A stretch of DNA of 64,000 bases from an uncultured Methanoregulaceae archaeon (lineage in GTDB: Archaea > Halobacteriota > Methanomicrobia > Methanomicrobiales > Methanospirillaceae). The notes beneath the pieces are model-generated. The model ran no database searches. It saw only the letters and a list, made by a program, of their open reading frames with translations, and had not been told where the DNA came from. Numbering within the stretch: position 1 is the first letter of the stretch; every line of letters begins with the position of its first letter. A program made the translations under genes and the position numbers. Shown here piece by piece: positions 41,512 to 53,060 of the stretch. The stretch is from assembly GCA_963705255.1 (NCBI GenBank), contig OY970061.1, forward strand, positions 2,536,651 through 2,600,650, read 5' to 3'.

Positions 41512-42714
41512 ATGAAGAGAAATATCAGGATCGAAGCACTGGACCAGATACCCCTGGAAAAGCAGCGTATTGAACTCGTTGAGAGAAAATGTCTCGGGCA
41601 TCCCGACAGTATCGCCGATGGTGTTGCAGAGGCGATCAGCCGGGCCCTCTGCAGGGAATATCTCGACGAATTCGGGGTAGTCCTGCATCACAATACGGAT
41701 CAGGGAGAAATTGTTGCCGGCGAATCCGTGCCAAAATTCGGCGGCGGGAAAGTTATCCGGCCCATCTTTATCCTGATTGACGGGCGTGCAACAAAACGTT
41801 TCAACGATATTTCGATCCCGACGGATGCTATTGCAGTTGAAGCAACACGGGACTATCTTCGTACTCATTTCAAGACCCTGAACCTCGAACGCGATGTCAT
41901 TATGGACTGCCGGCTCGGGACCGGCTCGACCGACCTCCGCGACGTATTCAAGCCCAAGAACGGGAGAGTACCCCGGGCGAATGATACGTCATTCGGTGTC
42001 GGGCATGCCCCGTTCTCCGATGTCGAAAATATCGTGAAAGGTGTCAGCGATTTTATCGATGAAAAACTGCGCCCGAAGTATCCTGCCATCGGACAGGACA
42101 TCAAGATCATGGGTCTCCGGGACGGCGAGACCATAACCCTGACGGTTGCCTGTGCCGTTGTGGATAAATACTGTGCCGATATCCACCAGTACAAGGAATA
42201 TATGGAGATCCTCAAAGAGCAGATTGGCAAGATCTCAAAGAAGTTCACCAGACGAAAAGTTGTCGTCCACCTCAATACCGGCGATGACATCAAGAACAAC
42301 AGCATCTATCTCACCGTCACCGGCACCTCGGCTGAAATGGGTGACGACGGATCGGTTGGGCGGGGCAACCGCTGCAACGGGCTCATCACCCCGAACCGGC
42401 CGATGAGCATGGAAGCGACGAGCGGCAAGAACCCCATCAACCATATCGGCAAGATCTACAACCTGCTCTCAACCCAGATCGCCACAGACTGCGTATCGAA
42501 GGTGGACGGGATTGAAGAGATGTACATCCGTCTCCTCTCCCAGATAGGCCAGCCTATCGACCGCCCGCTCGTAGCCAGTATCCAGGTACTCCCGGCCTGC
42601 GGTGTCATGATGGAGAAGATCCAGGATGAGATTGACGGGATTGTTGACGAATGGCTCGAGAACGTAACTGACATTACCGAGAAAGTAATCCGTGGCGAGC
42701 TCAAGACATTCTGA
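41512..42714 (+). CDS. mat: Archaeal-type methionine adenosyltransferase
   Basis: [41 protein letters not shown]. Confidence 0.96.
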   Translation: MKRNIRIEALDQIPLEKQRIELVERKCLGHPDSIADGVAEAISRALCREYLDEFGVVLHHNTDQGEIVAGESVPKFGGGKVIRPIFILIDGRATKRFNDISIPTDAIAVEATRDYLRTHFKTLNLERDVIMDCRLGTGSTDLRDVFKPKNGRVPRANDTSFGVGHAPFSDVENIVKGVSDFIDEKLRPKYPAIGQDIKIMGLRDGETITLTVACAVVDKYCADIHQYKEYMEILKEQIGKISKKFTRRKVVVHLNTGDDIKNNSIYLTVTGTSAEMGDDGSVGRGNRCNGLITPNRPMSMEATSGKNPINHIGKIYNLLSTQIATDCVSKVDGIEEMYIRLLSQIGQPIDRPLVASIQVLPACGVMMEKIQDEIDGIVDEWLENVTDITEKVIRGELKTF

Positions 42715-42721
42715 TAGAACA

Positions 42722-43636
42722 ATGACAAAATCTGCAAAATCTCCAAAGAAACCCCGTGACACCCCTTCTTTTTCTGATGTCGTACGGCTCGCGATCCCCA
42801 ATAAGGGGAGGATTGCAACTCCCATCATGGACATCGTGGAGAAAAGCGGGCTCCACCTTGCAGAGAACGGTGAACGACGTCTCATAACGCGGACGCTCGA
42901 TCCCCATGTGGAGATCTTGTTCGCCCGCCCTGTTGATATCCCGGAATATGTTGCCACGGGGGCTGCAGATCTCGGGATCACCGGTCATGATATGGTTGTT
43001 GAACGGCAGGCAGATGTTGAAGAACTTCTTGACCTCGAGTCCGGGAAAGCAAAGCTTGTGCTAGCCGTTCATGAGGATTCTGATATCACCTCAGTGAAAC
43101 AGCTTCACGGCCTCAAGGTCGCCACCGAGTTCCCGGTTATTGCCCGCGCATATTTCGAAAAACACGACGTGGATGTAACTATTGTCCTCGTTGGCGGTGC
43201 ATGCGAAGCGACGCCCCACCTGGGAATTGCCGATGCCATAATCGATCTTTCAAGTTCGGGAACTACCCTCAGGACAAACCGTCTCCGCGTGATCGACGAG
43301 GTACCTGGAACCTCAACCTGCCTGATAGCGAACAGGGCGTCTCTCCGGAATAAAAAAGAGAAGATCGATGAGATCCACCTTGCGCTGGAGAGCGTGATCC
43401 GGGCTCGCGGCCAGTGCTACCTCATGATGAACGTAAAACGCTCGTCACTCGATGCGGTGAAACGCGTCCTGCCGGGGCTGTCCGGTCCGACCGTGATGGA
43501 AGTCGCATCGAACGAGAACCTGGTCGCGGTTCATGCGGTGGTAAACGAGGAACGGGTTTACTCCCTTATCAACGCCCTGAAGCGTGCAGGTGCAAAAGAT
43601 ATCCTCGTCATGGCGATCCAACGGATGGTCCGCTGA
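42722..43636 (+). CDS. hisG: ATP phosphoribosyltransferase (long form)
   Basis: [31 protein letters not shown]. Confidence 0.96.
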   Translation: MTKSAKSPKKPRDTPSFSDVVRLAIPNKGRIATPIMDIVEKSGLHLAENGERRLITRTLDPHVEILFARPVDIPEYVATGAADLGITGHDMVVERQADVEELLDLESGKAKLVLAVHEDSDITSVKQLHGLKVATEFPVIARAYFEKHDVDVTIVLVGGACEATPHLGIADAIIDLSSSGTTLRTNRLRVIDEVPGTSTCLIANRASLRNKKEKIDEIHLALESVIRARGQCYLMMNVKRSSLDAVKRVLPGLSGPTVMEVASNENLVAVHAVVNEERVYSLINALKRAGAKDILVMAIQRMVR

Positions 43637-43640
43637 TAGC

Positions 43641-44351
43641 ATGAGAATTTTTCCTGCAGTCGATATCCTCGGAGGTCGATGTGTCCAGCTGGTCCAGGGA
43701 AAACGGGAGAGCGCCACCACCTATGGCGATCCGCTTGCCTGTGCAACACGCTGGCTCGACCAGGGGGCGGATGCCCTCCATATCGTCAATCTTGACGGGG
43801 CATTTGGCAGTTCTTCAAAAAATGCCGGGCTGATCGTCGATCTTGTAAAAAAGACCGGTGTCGAGATCGAGCTGGGCGGCGGGATCCGCTCGGTGGACGA
43901 CGCTTCCCGCTGGCTGAATACCGGTGTTTCACGGGTTATCATCTCAACGCTTGCAACAGAGGACCCGGGTTCCATCGGGGCCCTTGCGGATGAGTTCGGC
44001 AGCGAGCGGGTGATGGCAGGAGTTGATGCTAAAGGCGGGCAGATTGCCGTGCACGGATGGCAGGACTCTGCGGGAGATTACCTTGACTGGGCGAAACGGT
44101 TCGAAAGCTCCGGGGCAGGATCGCTCCTTTACACCAATGTGGATATCGAAGGCCTGCAGCAGGGTGTCCGGTTCGGGCCGGTGAAGCGGCTGATAAACCA
44201 GGTACACATCCCTGTCGTGGTCGCCGGCGGAGTTTCTTCCCGGTCGGATGTCGCAGGCCTGCGGGACGCCGGGGCCTGGGGTGCAGTTCTTGGCTCTGCG
44301 CTGTACAGCGGGAAGATAGCATTGAAAGATGCACTGGAGGAATGTACATGA
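43641..44351 (+). CDS. hisA: ProFAR isomerase
   Basis: [31 protein letters not shown]. Confidence 0.95.
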   Translation: MRIFPAVDILGGRCVQLVQGKRESATTYGDPLACATRWLDQGADALHIVNLDGAFGSSSKNAGLIVDLVKKTGVEIELGGGIRSVDDASRWLNTGVSRVIISTLATEDPGSIGALADEFGSERVMAGVDAKGGQIAVHGWQDSAGDYLDWAKRFESSGAGSLLYTNVDIEGLQQGVRFGPVKRLINQVHIPVVVAGGVSSRSDVAGLRDAGAWGAVLGSALYSGKIALKDALEECT

Positions 44352-44930
44352 GAGCGGTGAATGTGAAGCGGGAAACAAAGGAAACGAAGATCGCGATTCG
44401 GTTGAATCCTGACGGAGCGGGGAACGTTTCAGTCGACAGCGGCGTGCCATTCTTTGACCACATGCTCACAGCGATGGCAAAACATGGCGGATTCGATCTT
44501 ACCTGTACAGGTACAGGGAGATCTCGGCGTGGACAGTCACCACACTATCGAGGATATCGGTATTGTTATGGGAGATGCCATTAAAGAGGCAATCGGCGAC
44601 GGCCGCGGGATATGCCGTTTTGCGCATGCTGTTATTCCGATGGACGAGTCCCTTGCACAGGTCGCACTGGACTGTGGCGGCAGGGGATACCTTGTATTCA
44701 GCGGTACTTTCGGCAACAAAATCGTAGGCAGCATTCCGGCAGATCTCTTCGAGCATTACTTTTACACGCTCTGTTCGAGAGCCGGTATCACCGCCCATAT
44801 CGCCTTCTCCGGCAAAAATGACCATCATCAGTGCGAGGCGGTCTTCAAGGCGTTCGGCATTGCGCTCGGCGAGGCGCTCTCACGGAGCGGAGACACGAGA
44901 GCGGTCCGGAGTACGAAGGGGAAGTTCTGA
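44348..44930 (+). CDS. hisB: Imidazoleglycerol-phosphate dehydratase; extra G near 44516
   Basis: RETKET and FFDHML, then [29 protein letters not shown]. Confidence 0.95.
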
Positions 44931-44985
44931 GTGCCGGTTTGGAACACTGAAAAACGGCAGCAAATTTTTCGGCTGTTTCGGGATT

Positions 44986-45135
44986 GGAGAGGTCGGAGAC
45001 CTCGACAACCTGAAGGGAGGCGTAGCCGACCTTCAGATCTGATGACCCTCAAGAGAAACGAGTTGGCGCGAATTTTTCGAATGATGTCGAAGAACCTTTC
45101 AGGTTCTTCTCCTGTTTCGGGTCTGATGACCCTCA
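44986..45135. repeat. Modular palindromic repeat, copy R4, between convergent genes
   Basis: GAGGTC-GGA-GACCTC, GAAGGGAGGCGTAGCCGACCTTC, GAAGAACCT-TTC-AGGTTCTTC. Confidence 0.85.
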
Positions 45136-45152
45136 ACAGAAAAAAGAGTTGA

Positions 45153-45359
45153 TCAGTTGGACTTTGCTGCTAGGTCAACGTCTTCTTTCTTGATCGTCTT
45201 TCTGCCTGCGTGTTCGGCAAGCTTGTTGGCTTCCTTGGTGAGCTGGGCGATGTATTTCTCTGCTTTTGCAACAAGTGCCTCAGCAGCATCGCTTCCCACT
45301 CTTTCGGCTCCGTTTTTCTTTGCAATCCGTACAACTGCGGCAATAGGTAAATCTGCCAT
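45153..45359 (-). CDS. Archaeal histone (HMf-like)
   Basis: MADLPIAAVVRIAKKNGAERVG...HAGRKTIKKEDV, 68 aa; GAGG SD. Confidence 0.96.
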   Translation of the reverse strand: MADLPIAAVVRIAKKNGAERVGSDAAEALVAKAEKYIAQLTKEANKLAEHAGRKTIKKEDVDLAAKSN

Positions 45360-45555
45360 GTTTCTTACCTCAAAAAGAAATCCTCTTGGTATATATAAAT
45401 ACTTTTTGGGAAAATGCTGTAATTTATCCTGCAATACGATATTGGGGGACGCACTGCAAAGCAAGTGAAAAACGGAGTTCAAAATTTCGCAGAATATTTT
45501 TTTATTCGATTATATCGTTTTTTAAGGAAAAATAAGGATTTTTAGAAGTTTTAAA

Positions 45556-46320
45556 TTATTCCAACAAAGATGCTGCGAGCAATAGCGCATTCGCATAATT
45601 TGGTGAGGCGCGCGAAGTATCCACGAAAATTCTGCTGATATTTACCACAGGCGCGCCATGACCATGGCCGCCTCCCAGAAATGTGAGGGTACGGAAGACA
45701 AGGTTGCCGGAAATGCCGTCCGGTGCGATGATGAGTCCGCAGGTCTCTACGGCATCCTCGATCAGGATCTCACAGTGTGTCGCACCCGAAAGCCGTGCTA
45801 CCAGTTCCGCTTCCGCCATGCTCCTGTCAACCTGCTCGTGACGACCGATATCTCCGAGCCGCCCCCCGGAAAGGATGCCGACCTTTTCCGGTAATCCGAA
45901 TCTCCTTGCGATAGCCCGCCCTTTGTCGATCAACTCGAGTTTTTCGGCAACGGTCCAGCCCTCGTCAACACCAACCGGAGTGAGCAGGAATTTTTTGCCG
46001 TTGACTGTTTCAAGCAGTGCGATGCGTTCAAGATGGTCCACCCCCTCTGCTTTTTTCAAAGCTTTCAGGGTGGCATGTGCAGGGAGGGTCCCCCTCACGG
46101 CAGCATCGATTCTTCCTGCAGACAGGTCGTCGACGATCGCCTGTTCCGGGTGTGCGTGCTCGGCAATATCGACTGCATTTTCCGAAATACGCGTGGTGAT
46201 GGTCCCGGGCCTGCAGTAGCAGATGATCCTGAATTTTCCGCCAATACTCAGGACGCTTTCAACGACTTTTTCCGCATCGCCGTCGATACCGATCCCGATT
46301 CGCTTCAACGCCCCATGCAT
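45556..46320 (-). CDS. mtxX: Methanogenesis marker protein 4 / MtxX
   Basis: DAAVRGTL, PVGVDEG, LSGGR, APDGISGNLVFR, FVDTSR. Confidence 0.88.
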   Translation of the reverse strand: MHGALKRIGIGIDGDAEKVVESVLSIGGKFRIICYCRPGTITTRISENAVDIAEHAHPEQAIVDDLSAGRIDAAVRGTLPAHATLKALKKAEGVDHLERIALLETVNGKKFLLTPVGVDEGWTVAEKLELIDKGRAIARRFGLPEKVGILSGGRLGDIGRHEQVDRSMAEAELVARLSGATHCEILIEDAVETCGLIIAPDGISGNLVFRTLTFLGGGHGHGAPVVNISRIFVDTSRASPNYANALLLAASLLE

Positions 46321-47318
46321 GCAATGTCCTCGTCAGTCAGGTGCATGATCCCGTTCTTGATGAAATCGAAGACCTGCGTCTCATCCCCGTCATAGGTGAT
46401 GCGCAGGGATTTTACACCGTCAACCACCCCGATGACCTTTGCAGTCATGCCGACGCCGGAAAAAAGGCTGACGAGTTCTTCCACGTCCGCCCTTTTTGCA
46501 GTCAGGATGAAACCCATCCCGGGATACATCCTGACCCACTGCTCGAAGGTCATGCCGTGCTCCGCAAGGGCGGGTTTCGGTATCAGGCCAAGATCGATCT
46601 CGGCCCCTTTCCCGCTCACTTCGAGCAGCATGCCCAGTGTTCCGATAAGGCCGGGATTGCTGATGTCTTTGCCAGCGGTTACGAGATGTCTCCTGCCGAT
46701 AGTCTCGAGGACCGCTATCTGTGCCCTGACCTCCGCGGCAGACTTCATAGTGACAGAATCCCAGTTAAGGGCGCAGGAGGGGTGAACCCGGCCGTTCAGG
46801 TCGATTGCAGCAACAACGCAGTCCCCCTCCTGTGCAGTATGGCTGTAGATTATTGAGTCGAGTTGTGCCGATCCCAGGATCGAGACGTCGATAACGCTGT
46901 AGGGGGCATCCGGGTGGAGGTGGCCTCCGACGATAGGTACGCCGAACTGGGCCGATGCATCATGCATGCCTCGAACGACCTGTTCCTGTATGGTTGTCTT
47001 GGCAATGGAAAAGATGTCTACCATCGCGATGGGCCGCCCGCCCATGGCAGCGATATCGTGGATATTGACGAGAACCGAGCAGTAGCCGGCCCAGTACGGA
47101 TCTGCTTCCATGAGCCTGCTCCATATGCCGTCGGCTGCAAGGAGAAGCGCCTCGCCGTTGTGTTCTATCACCGCTGCATCCTCGCCGAATGAAGCGACAA
47201 CATGCGGAGCATCGATCTTCAGCGCTTTGACCATCTCGCCGATAGCATGCTTCCTTTTGACGCCTTCATATTCCCGGACTACTTTTGCGATCGTCTCTGT
47301 GGAGCAGCTGTGGACCAC
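46305..47318 (-). CDS. Methanogenesis marker protein 2 (AIR synthase-like)
   Basis: GEDAAVI, AADGIW, VNIHDIAAMGG, GGHLHPD, KDISNPG; start codon uncertain. Confidence 0.88.
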   Translation of the reverse strand: MVHSCSTETIAKVVREYEGVKRKHAIGEMVKALKIDAPHVVASFGEDAAVIEHNGEALLLAADGIWSRLMEADPYWAGYCSVLVNIHDIAAMGGRPIAMVDIFSIAKTTIQEQVVRGMHDASAQFGVPIVGGHLHPDAPYSVIDVSILGSAQLDSIIYSHTAQEGDCVVAAIDLNGRVHPSCALNWDSVTMKSAAEVRAQIAVLETIGRRHLVTAGKDISNPGLIGTLGMLLEVSGKGAEIDLGLIPKPALAEHGMTFEQWVRMYPGMGFILTAKRADVEELVSLFSGVGMTAKVIGVVDGVKSLRITYDGDETQVFDFIKNGIMHLTDEDIACMGR

Positions 47319-47411
47319 GGCATCACCTGAATGAACACTCAAAATTATTGCGTGTATGCTAGTTTCGTTTCATCAGAGATAATTTATTTGATATACGGTC
47401 AACGTGTTGGT

Positions 47412-48812
47412 ATGGACTGGGCAGAGAAGTACCGCCCCGCACACCTTGCGGATATCGTCGGAAATACGACTGCGGTACGGCAGATAGCGGAGTGGGCCAG
47501 GACATGGACGAGAAGATCGCGGCCCGTGCTCATCTACGGCAAGCCCGGTATCGGCAAGACCTCCTGCGCATACGCTCTGGCGAATGACATGAACTGGGAG
47601 GTCATCGAGCTGAACGCCAGCGACCAGAGGACTGCAGCGGTGATCGAACGTATCGCGGGCGAGGGGAGCACGACGGCGAGCCTGACCGGATCATCCCGGA
47701 AGCTGATCGTGCTCGATGAAGCAGATAACCTGCAGGGCACTGCAGATCGTGGCGGTGCCAGGGCAATCATCGAATGCATCAGGGGGGCGCGGCAGCCGAT
47801 GATCCTGATTGCAAATGACCTGTACGGGCTTTCCCCGGAAATACGCGCACGCTGCGAGCCTGTCCAGTTCAAAGCGATACCGGCACGCTCTATTGCCCCC
47901 AGGCTCAAATATCTCTGTTCCGCTGAAAAGGTTGCCTGCAGCGAAGCTGCCGTGCATGCAATAGCAGAGAGCGCAGAGGGGGACATCCGGTCCGCGGTGA
48001 ATATGCTCTATGCTTCTGCGATTGGAAGGGACAGTCTTGACGATTCAGAGGTCCACACTTCGCAGAAGGACGTACGCGTCTCCATTTTTTCCCTGATCGC
48101 GGCAATTTTTGGCAAAACCCCGGATGATGAGCTGATCCGTCTTTCCTACGAAGTCGAGGATACTCCAGAGACGGTTGAGCAGTGGGTCGAAGGGAATGTA
48201 CACCTCATCCCTGATATGTCAGCGGTGGAATCGGCGTACCGGTACCTTTCCCGGGCTGATGAATACCTCGGCTATACGTACCGCAGGCAGTATTATACCC
48301 TCTGGAGGTATGCCACCGCGGTAATGTTGCTGGGGGTGGCCGATGCGGCAGGGGGGAGAGGGATCCACGCCCGTATTATGCCACCGGAGCGGTGGCAGAA
48401 GATGTCGACAGCGAAAAAACAGAAAGCGATCCGGGTTGCGACCCTGAACAGGGTTGCAGGGTTGATTCACGTCCCGCAGAGCACCCTGAGGGAGGAGTAT
48501 CTTGGTACTATTTCCATGCTCATCGAGCATGACCCCGCAGGCTACTCAAAGGAGATGTCGTTTGATTACGACCAGCTCAATTTTTTCCTGAACGACCGGG
48601 CGCGGTCAGCAGAAATTATCAGGATGATTGTCCAGGAAGAGAAAGGGAAAGAAAAGGAGCTGCAGAAAGAGCAGCAGAAAAAACCGAAGAAAGAAAAAAT
48701 TCCCGGAGAAGAGATCCCACGCGGGTTACCCGCAGAACATGCGGACCCCGAAGAACCGGCCGAAAAAAAGGCCCCCGCAAAGACCCAGTCAACCCTCTTC
48801 GACGGGTTCTGA
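47412..48812 (+). CDS. rfcL: Replication factor C large subunit
   Basis: [24 protein letters not shown]-terminal PIP box QSTLFDGF. Confidence 0.96.
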   Translation: MDWAEKYRPAHLADIVGNTTAVRQIAEWARTWTRRSRPVLIYGKPGIGKTSCAYALANDMNWEVIELNASDQRTAAVIERIAGEGSTTASLTGSSRKLIVLDEADNLQGTADRGGARAIIECIRGARQPMILIANDLYGLSPEIRARCEPVQFKAIPARSIAPRLKYLCSAEKVACSEAAVHAIAESAEGDIRSAVNMLYASAIGRDSLDDSEVHTSQKDVRVSIFSLIAAIFGKTPDDELIRLSYEVEDTPETVEQWVEGNVHLIPDMSAVESAYRYLSRADEYLGYTYRRQYYTLWRYATAVMLLGVADAAGGRGIHARIMPPERWQKMSTAKKQKAIRVATLNRVAGLIHVPQSTLREEYLGTISMLIEHDPAGYSKEMSFDYDQLNFFLNDRARSAEIIRMIVQEEKGKEKELQKEQQKKPKKEKIPGEEIPRGLPAEHADPEEPAEKKAPAKTQSTLFDGF

Positions 48813-49208
48813 TCCCCGGTAATACCGGTGGAGGATCACTCCGCAGTCAATCCTCTCCCCGCCACCCCCATACGATTCGAATCCCAGGTGGTAGACGAGG
48901 AGATCGCAATCGATCTTTTTTGCAAGGGCAATGAGTGGCGGGATCATCTCTTCAGCCGGACGGATTGCGTAGATCACGTCGGTTCCGGAGTAAACCGTGA
49001 GATCGGGATCGAATATATCATCGACGGTAAAAACAATCTCCGGCAATACTTCTTTCCGGTGAATGTCGGTACATCTGACAGGAATCCCTGCCTTGTGAAT
49101 CCGGAGCGCTGCGCCCGGGTTGTCGCCGATACCGACCTCGACGGCGCTTTTGTAATGCTCCGAGATGAACCTGCCCACGCACGTCTCAATATGTTTATAG
49201 GAGCCCAT
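48789..49208 (-). CDS. UPF0146-family protein
   Basis: [23 protein letters not shown]. Confidence 0.85.
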   Translation of the reverse strand: MGSYKHIETCVGRFISEHYKSAVEVGIGDNPGAALRIHKAGIPVRCTDIHRKEVLPEIVFTVDDIFDPDLTVYSGTDVIYAIRPAEEMIPPLIALAKKIDCDLLVYHLGFESYGGGGERIDCGVILHRYYRGSEPVEEG

Positions 49209-49225
49209 TCCAACAGAATATAGCG

Positions 49226-49765
49226 ATGCATATCCATATCTTTTGGGATGCCCTCTCCCCGGCCGGCCTCCAGACGCCGGTCAGGCGCATGATCTCTGCC
49301 GTTCTCGGCGTTCAGTCTACGGTCTCCGAGAACCAGATCAGGATGATGGGATATGTGGTCAGCAGGAAACAGATAGACGCCCAGGCGCTGCTCGACAGCA
49401 TCCAGAATTATAAACACAGCCACGGTATCACGGAACCAGTCCTCCTCGTCGTACATCAGGATCTCTTCCGGAACGGCAGCAGTTTTGTCTTCGGCCTTGC
49501 CCGCCAGCAGGTGGGTGCAGCGGTTGTCTCTACCGCCCGTCTCGGCAACGAATATTACGGGAGACAGAACAACGATGACGACCTGATCGACCGGATCACG
49601 AAAGAAGGTGCCCACGAGATAGGGCATCTCCTCGGCCTCGATCACTGCGGGAACAGGGAATGCATCATGTTCAGACCCGATACCCTCGACGAACTTGACC
49701 GCAAGAAGAAGATGCTCTGCCCCGTCTGCCGCGAACATCTTGCAGCAATTCTTTCAGCGTGCTGA
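49226..49765 (+). CDS. Archaemetzincin (peptidase M54)
   Basis: HEIGHLLGLDHC..ECIM...CPVC, FVFGLA. Confidence 0.9.
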   Translation: MHIHIFWDALSPAGLQTPVRRMISAVLGVQSTVSENQIRMMGYVVSRKQIDAQALLDSIQNYKHSHGITEPVLLVVHQDLFRNGSSFVFGLARQQVGAAVVSTARLGNEYYGRQNNDDDLIDRITKEGAHEIGHLLGLDHCGNRECIMFRPDTLDELDRKKKMLCPVCREHLAAILSAC

Positions 49766-49991
49766 CGTGACCCGGTATTCTCCATTCTCCCTGAATTCCC
49801 GGTCTCCACTCCTCTGTTCTTTTCCGGGCCTGTTCAGCATCCGGAAATGGTTCCGGAGGGCCGGCACGGTCCTGTCATCCCTATCTTCTGGAATACCGGG
49901 TGGTGAAGAACGCCGGATACACAAAACGGATTAACCGGGACCGGCAATTGTCCCGTATCCGATCCGTATGATCCCCGGTGGAGGGGGAGCA

Positions 49992-50984
49992 ATGGGAAAC
50001 TGCTGCATTATCGTCAGCCCGGCCAGTGCGGGACACGATCTTCCGGGACATCCCGAATGTAATGCCCGCATGGTGAATGTCCTCGCCGGTGTTCCCCCGG
50101 ATATTCCCCGCAGAATCGCAGGGCCTGCAGCGGATGAATCTGTGCACCGGGTGCATACCCCGTACTATACCGCATGGCTCCGGCAGCGGTCTTGTGCGGC
50201 GGCAATTCCCGGTTTTCTCGATGCCGACACCTATGTGACCCGGGGCACTTTTATTGCCGCCCGGTATGCGGCCGGCGCCGCGATCATGGCCCTCGATCGC
50301 ACGCTTGACGGCGAGCACGCATTCGCCCTCGTCAGGCCGCCCGGCCACCATGCCGAGCATGACCGGGCAATGGGTTTCTGTTTTTTCAACAATGCTGCGA
50401 TCGCCGCTGCTCACGCCCTTGACGCTGTTGACCGGGTTGCCATTGTTGACTGGGATGTCCACCACGGTAACGGGACCGAACACGCATTTTACGGCACGGA
50501 TACGGTACTGTACTGCTCAGTGCACCAGGAACATCTGTTCCCCTATAGTGGCAGAATCGAAGAATCGGGTACCGGAGCGGGTGCAGGGTATACGATCAAT
50601 GCCCCCCTTGCGGCCGGCGGAGGACGGGCAGAATATGTGGCGGTATTCTCAGAACTGTTTGCCCCGGCCCTCGAACGGTTCCGGCCCGGTGCGGTGATAA
50701 TCTCGGCGGGACAGGACAACCTGTCCGATGACCCTCTCGGGAATATGAACCTGCGGCCGGATGATCTTCTCCACCTGACCGGAATTCTTCTGGACGCGAT
50801 CGAATGCCCCCTTGCCCTGGTGCTGGAAGGCGGTTACGGACCTTCTCATGGCGCTGCGATCTCCTGTATTCTTTCAGCACTATCCTCCCCGGTATCATGC
50901 GATCAGGAGGAAAAAAATAAACCCCTCCCCGGTACGGAACAGATGATTGCCCGGGTAAAAAAACACATCCGCCTGTTCAGGTAA
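49992..50984 (+). CDS. Histone deacetylase-family amidohydrolase
   Basis: [28 protein letters not shown]. Confidence 0.93.
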   Translation: MGNCCIIVSPASAGHDLPGHPECNARMVNVLAGVPPDIPRRIAGPAADESVHRVHTPYYTAWLRQRSCAAAIPGFLDADTYVTRGTFIAARYAAGAAIMALDRTLDGEHAFALVRPPGHHAEHDRAMGFCFFNNAAIAAAHALDAVDRVAIVDWDVHHGNGTEHAFYGTDTVLYCSVHQEHLFPYSGRIEESGTGAGAGYTINAPLAAGGGRAEYVAVFSELFAPALERFRPGAVIISAGQDNLSDDPLGNMNLRPDDLLHLTGILLDAIECPLALVLEGGYGPSHGAAISCILSALSSPVSCDQEEKNKPLPGTEQMIARVKKHIRLFR

Positions 50985-50993
50985 GGAACGGAT

Positions 50994-51557
50994 TCAGGTT
51001 GCGGGAAGGATTTCAATTTCCATCCTGCTGATCTTCTCATACGTTGCTTTCAGCTGGAGGATAGGCCAGAGCTCGTAGAGAAGGACGGTAACCGGCTCCC
51101 ACATGGCTGCCCACCCGATGACAAGGAGTGCATTCGCGAAGAGCTGGGGCAGGAGGGCATTCCCGAGCGATGCAAAGAACTGCCTGGCGAGCAGCGAGAG
51201 GGTAAGGAAAGGAAGGCCGATCAGGAGGGTTGCCCTTCCGTGACGGATGCGGGCCCGGTATTTCCTGTCCGCCACCAGCATCTTGTACTGGAAATGGTTG
51301 TGGATTGCCGGGGCGATCTTCGCCGCCTGTTCCCCGTGGGCAAGATCTTTTGGGAGGTAGATGATTATCTTGAATGCAGTTTTGGCGGGAAAGTCCTTGA
51401 CCGTCTCGACGATATACTGCTCTGCTGCAGGATCAAGCTCTTTCTCGTGGAATGGTGCCGGATCGAACGAGTTGAAGAGCTGGATTATGGACGTGAGTTT
51501 GATCTCGAGCAGGATCTTCCCGTCAACCTTCCGATACAGGGATTCGATATCCTCCAT
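50994..51557 (-). CDS. Hypothetical membrane protein
   Basis: QLFNSFDPAPF..KELD, two C-terminal TMs, GWAAMWEP. Confidence 0.75.
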   Translation of the reverse strand: MEDIESLYRKVDGKILLEIKLTSIIQLFNSFDPAPFHEKELDPAAEQYIVETVKDFPAKTAFKIIIYLPKDLAHGEQAAKIAPAIHNHFQYKMLVADRKYRARIRHGRATLLIGLPFLTLSLLARQFFASLGNALLPQLFANALLVIGWAAMWEPVTVLLYELWPILQLKATYEKISRMEIEILPAT

Positions 51558-51613
51558 GGTGCCGTTCCATTGTCCTATAGCCCGTGGAAGCGGATAAACT
51601 TCACGCGGGAACC

Positions 51614-51985
51614 TTATCCCATCGATCTCCGGCGGTTGATCGCATCGAGTGCTTCCCTGATGATCTCCTGTGCCCCTTCATTCTCCATCCGGTACAGCCG
51701 CTGGAGCGGGTGAATCGCCCGGGCATCCCCGATCTGCCCGAGAGCCCAGGCCGCTTTCAGCCTCACGCGGGCATCGTCATCCCAGAGCGTGCCGATCAGC
51801 TCCTCAACCGCATCGTCATCCCCGATCCGGCCCAGCATCTCCGCGGCCTTCCACCGGGTACCTTCGTCGTCGTCCGAGAGCAGCGCTATGAAATGGGCGA
51901 GCCTCTCCTCATATTTCCGGGAGTCATCCGGGGATTCTGTCCCCTCCTCGGGCTCGATACGTTCCCCGGGTTCCTGGTCATCCAT
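51614..51985 (-). CDS. HEAT-repeat (PBS lyase-like) protein
   Basis: RWKAAEMLGRIGD / RLKAAWALGQIGD repeats. Confidence 0.9.
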   Translation of the reverse strand: MDDQEPGERIEPEEGTESPDDSRKYEERLAHFIALLSDDDEGTRWKAAEMLGRIGDDDAVEELIGTLWDDDARVRLKAAWALGQIGDARAIHPLQRLYRMENEGAQEIIREALDAINRRRSMG

Positions 51986-52019
51986 GATGTACCGGAATGT
52001 GCGCAGCTACAAAAATATT

Positions 52020-52295
52020 GTGAATCCGAGAGGTCTTCAGATCTCGAGGAGGAGAAGATTTTATCAAAAATCTTCGACTTTATTCCGAGAGGTCTTCAGA
52101 TGTCGAAGGTCGGCTTTTGCCTCCCTTCGAAGTTCGCTGTGGTTCTTCAGAACCACGAGGACGAGAAGAACCTGTCAGGGTTCTTCGCTGTCGATGTTCG
52201 GCTTTCAGCCTCACTTCTCTTCGTCGAGGTTCGCAAGAAACCTCTCCGATTCTCCTTCCCGGGGTTTGATAACCCCTCGAACCTCGAAGACAAGG
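52020..52295. repeat. Modular palindromic repeat, copy R6
   Basis: Mosaic of R5-type modules (GAGGTCTTCAGA, GAAGATTTT..AAAATCTTC) and R3-type modules (GTCGAAGGTCGGCT..GCCTCCCTTCGAAG, GCCTCACTTCTCTTC). Confidence 0.88.
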
Positions 52296-52314
52296 AAAAA
52301 ATCCGGTAGGGGAA

Positions 52315-52890
52315 TTACTCCTTATCCTTGACGTAGATGATCCCGGCCGGCTCCCGGTAATCGGACCTGATCACTATCGTATGCGAGATCCGGTTGAACA
52401 CCCTCAGCTTGGTATCCGGCATGGCCAGCCACCCGATGAGGCAGTCGAGCGGCAGGAGGAACGCTTTGCCGAAACTCTCGATTGCGGCAGTACTATAGGT
52501 GATCTTCGACCCGTCCCGGTTGACAACTTTCAGATTAAAGCACATTTTACCTATGGACTGGCCGCGGAACCCCTCCATGACCGTCCAGTAGGCAAAGAAT
52601 AAAATTGTCTGGAACCAGAACCCGATGGGTTCCCAGTGCCAGAGGTCCCAGTACGGGGGGATCGACCAGAATGGATTGAAAATGCCGCGGACGATAGCCA
52701 GGAAGAGGATGATGAGGATAAAATCGATGAGCCATGCCCAGAACCGGGCACTCCACGCGGCAAGGTACAGGGTCTGGCCGCGATCCTGAGTAATGGGTGA
52801 AGGAGAGGGTATATCAGGTAGGACTGCTGTGGGTCCCGGATCCTGTGCCGGACCAGTGTGGGATGCGGATTCTGAAGGTTCTTCTGCCAT
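52315..52890 (-). CDS. RDD-family membrane protein
   Basis: RFWAWLIDF, GQSIGKM..LKVV. Confidence 0.85.
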   Translation of the reverse strand: MAEEPSESASHTGPAQDPGPTAVLPDIPSPSPITQDRGQTLYLAAWSARFWAWLIDFILIILFLAIVRGIFNPFWSIPPYWDLWHWEPIGFWFQTILFFAYWTVMEGFRGQSIGKMCFNLKVVNRDGSKITYSTAAIESFGKAFLLPLDCLIGWLAMPDTKLRVFNRISHTIVIRSDYREPAGIIYVKDKE

Positions 52891-53060
52891 TTCAGGATCT
52901 CTGTTGTCTGCCGTAATGAATGAAGGTTACTCTTGTATAGAGTGCATATCATCCGCATGGTCAAAGATATCCTGTGGAAAAACTATTTCCCGCCGTAATT
53001 GATAACGTTAAAAACAATCCTGAAACGGATTACCTTGATCCTATGGAGTGATCGGTTGCA

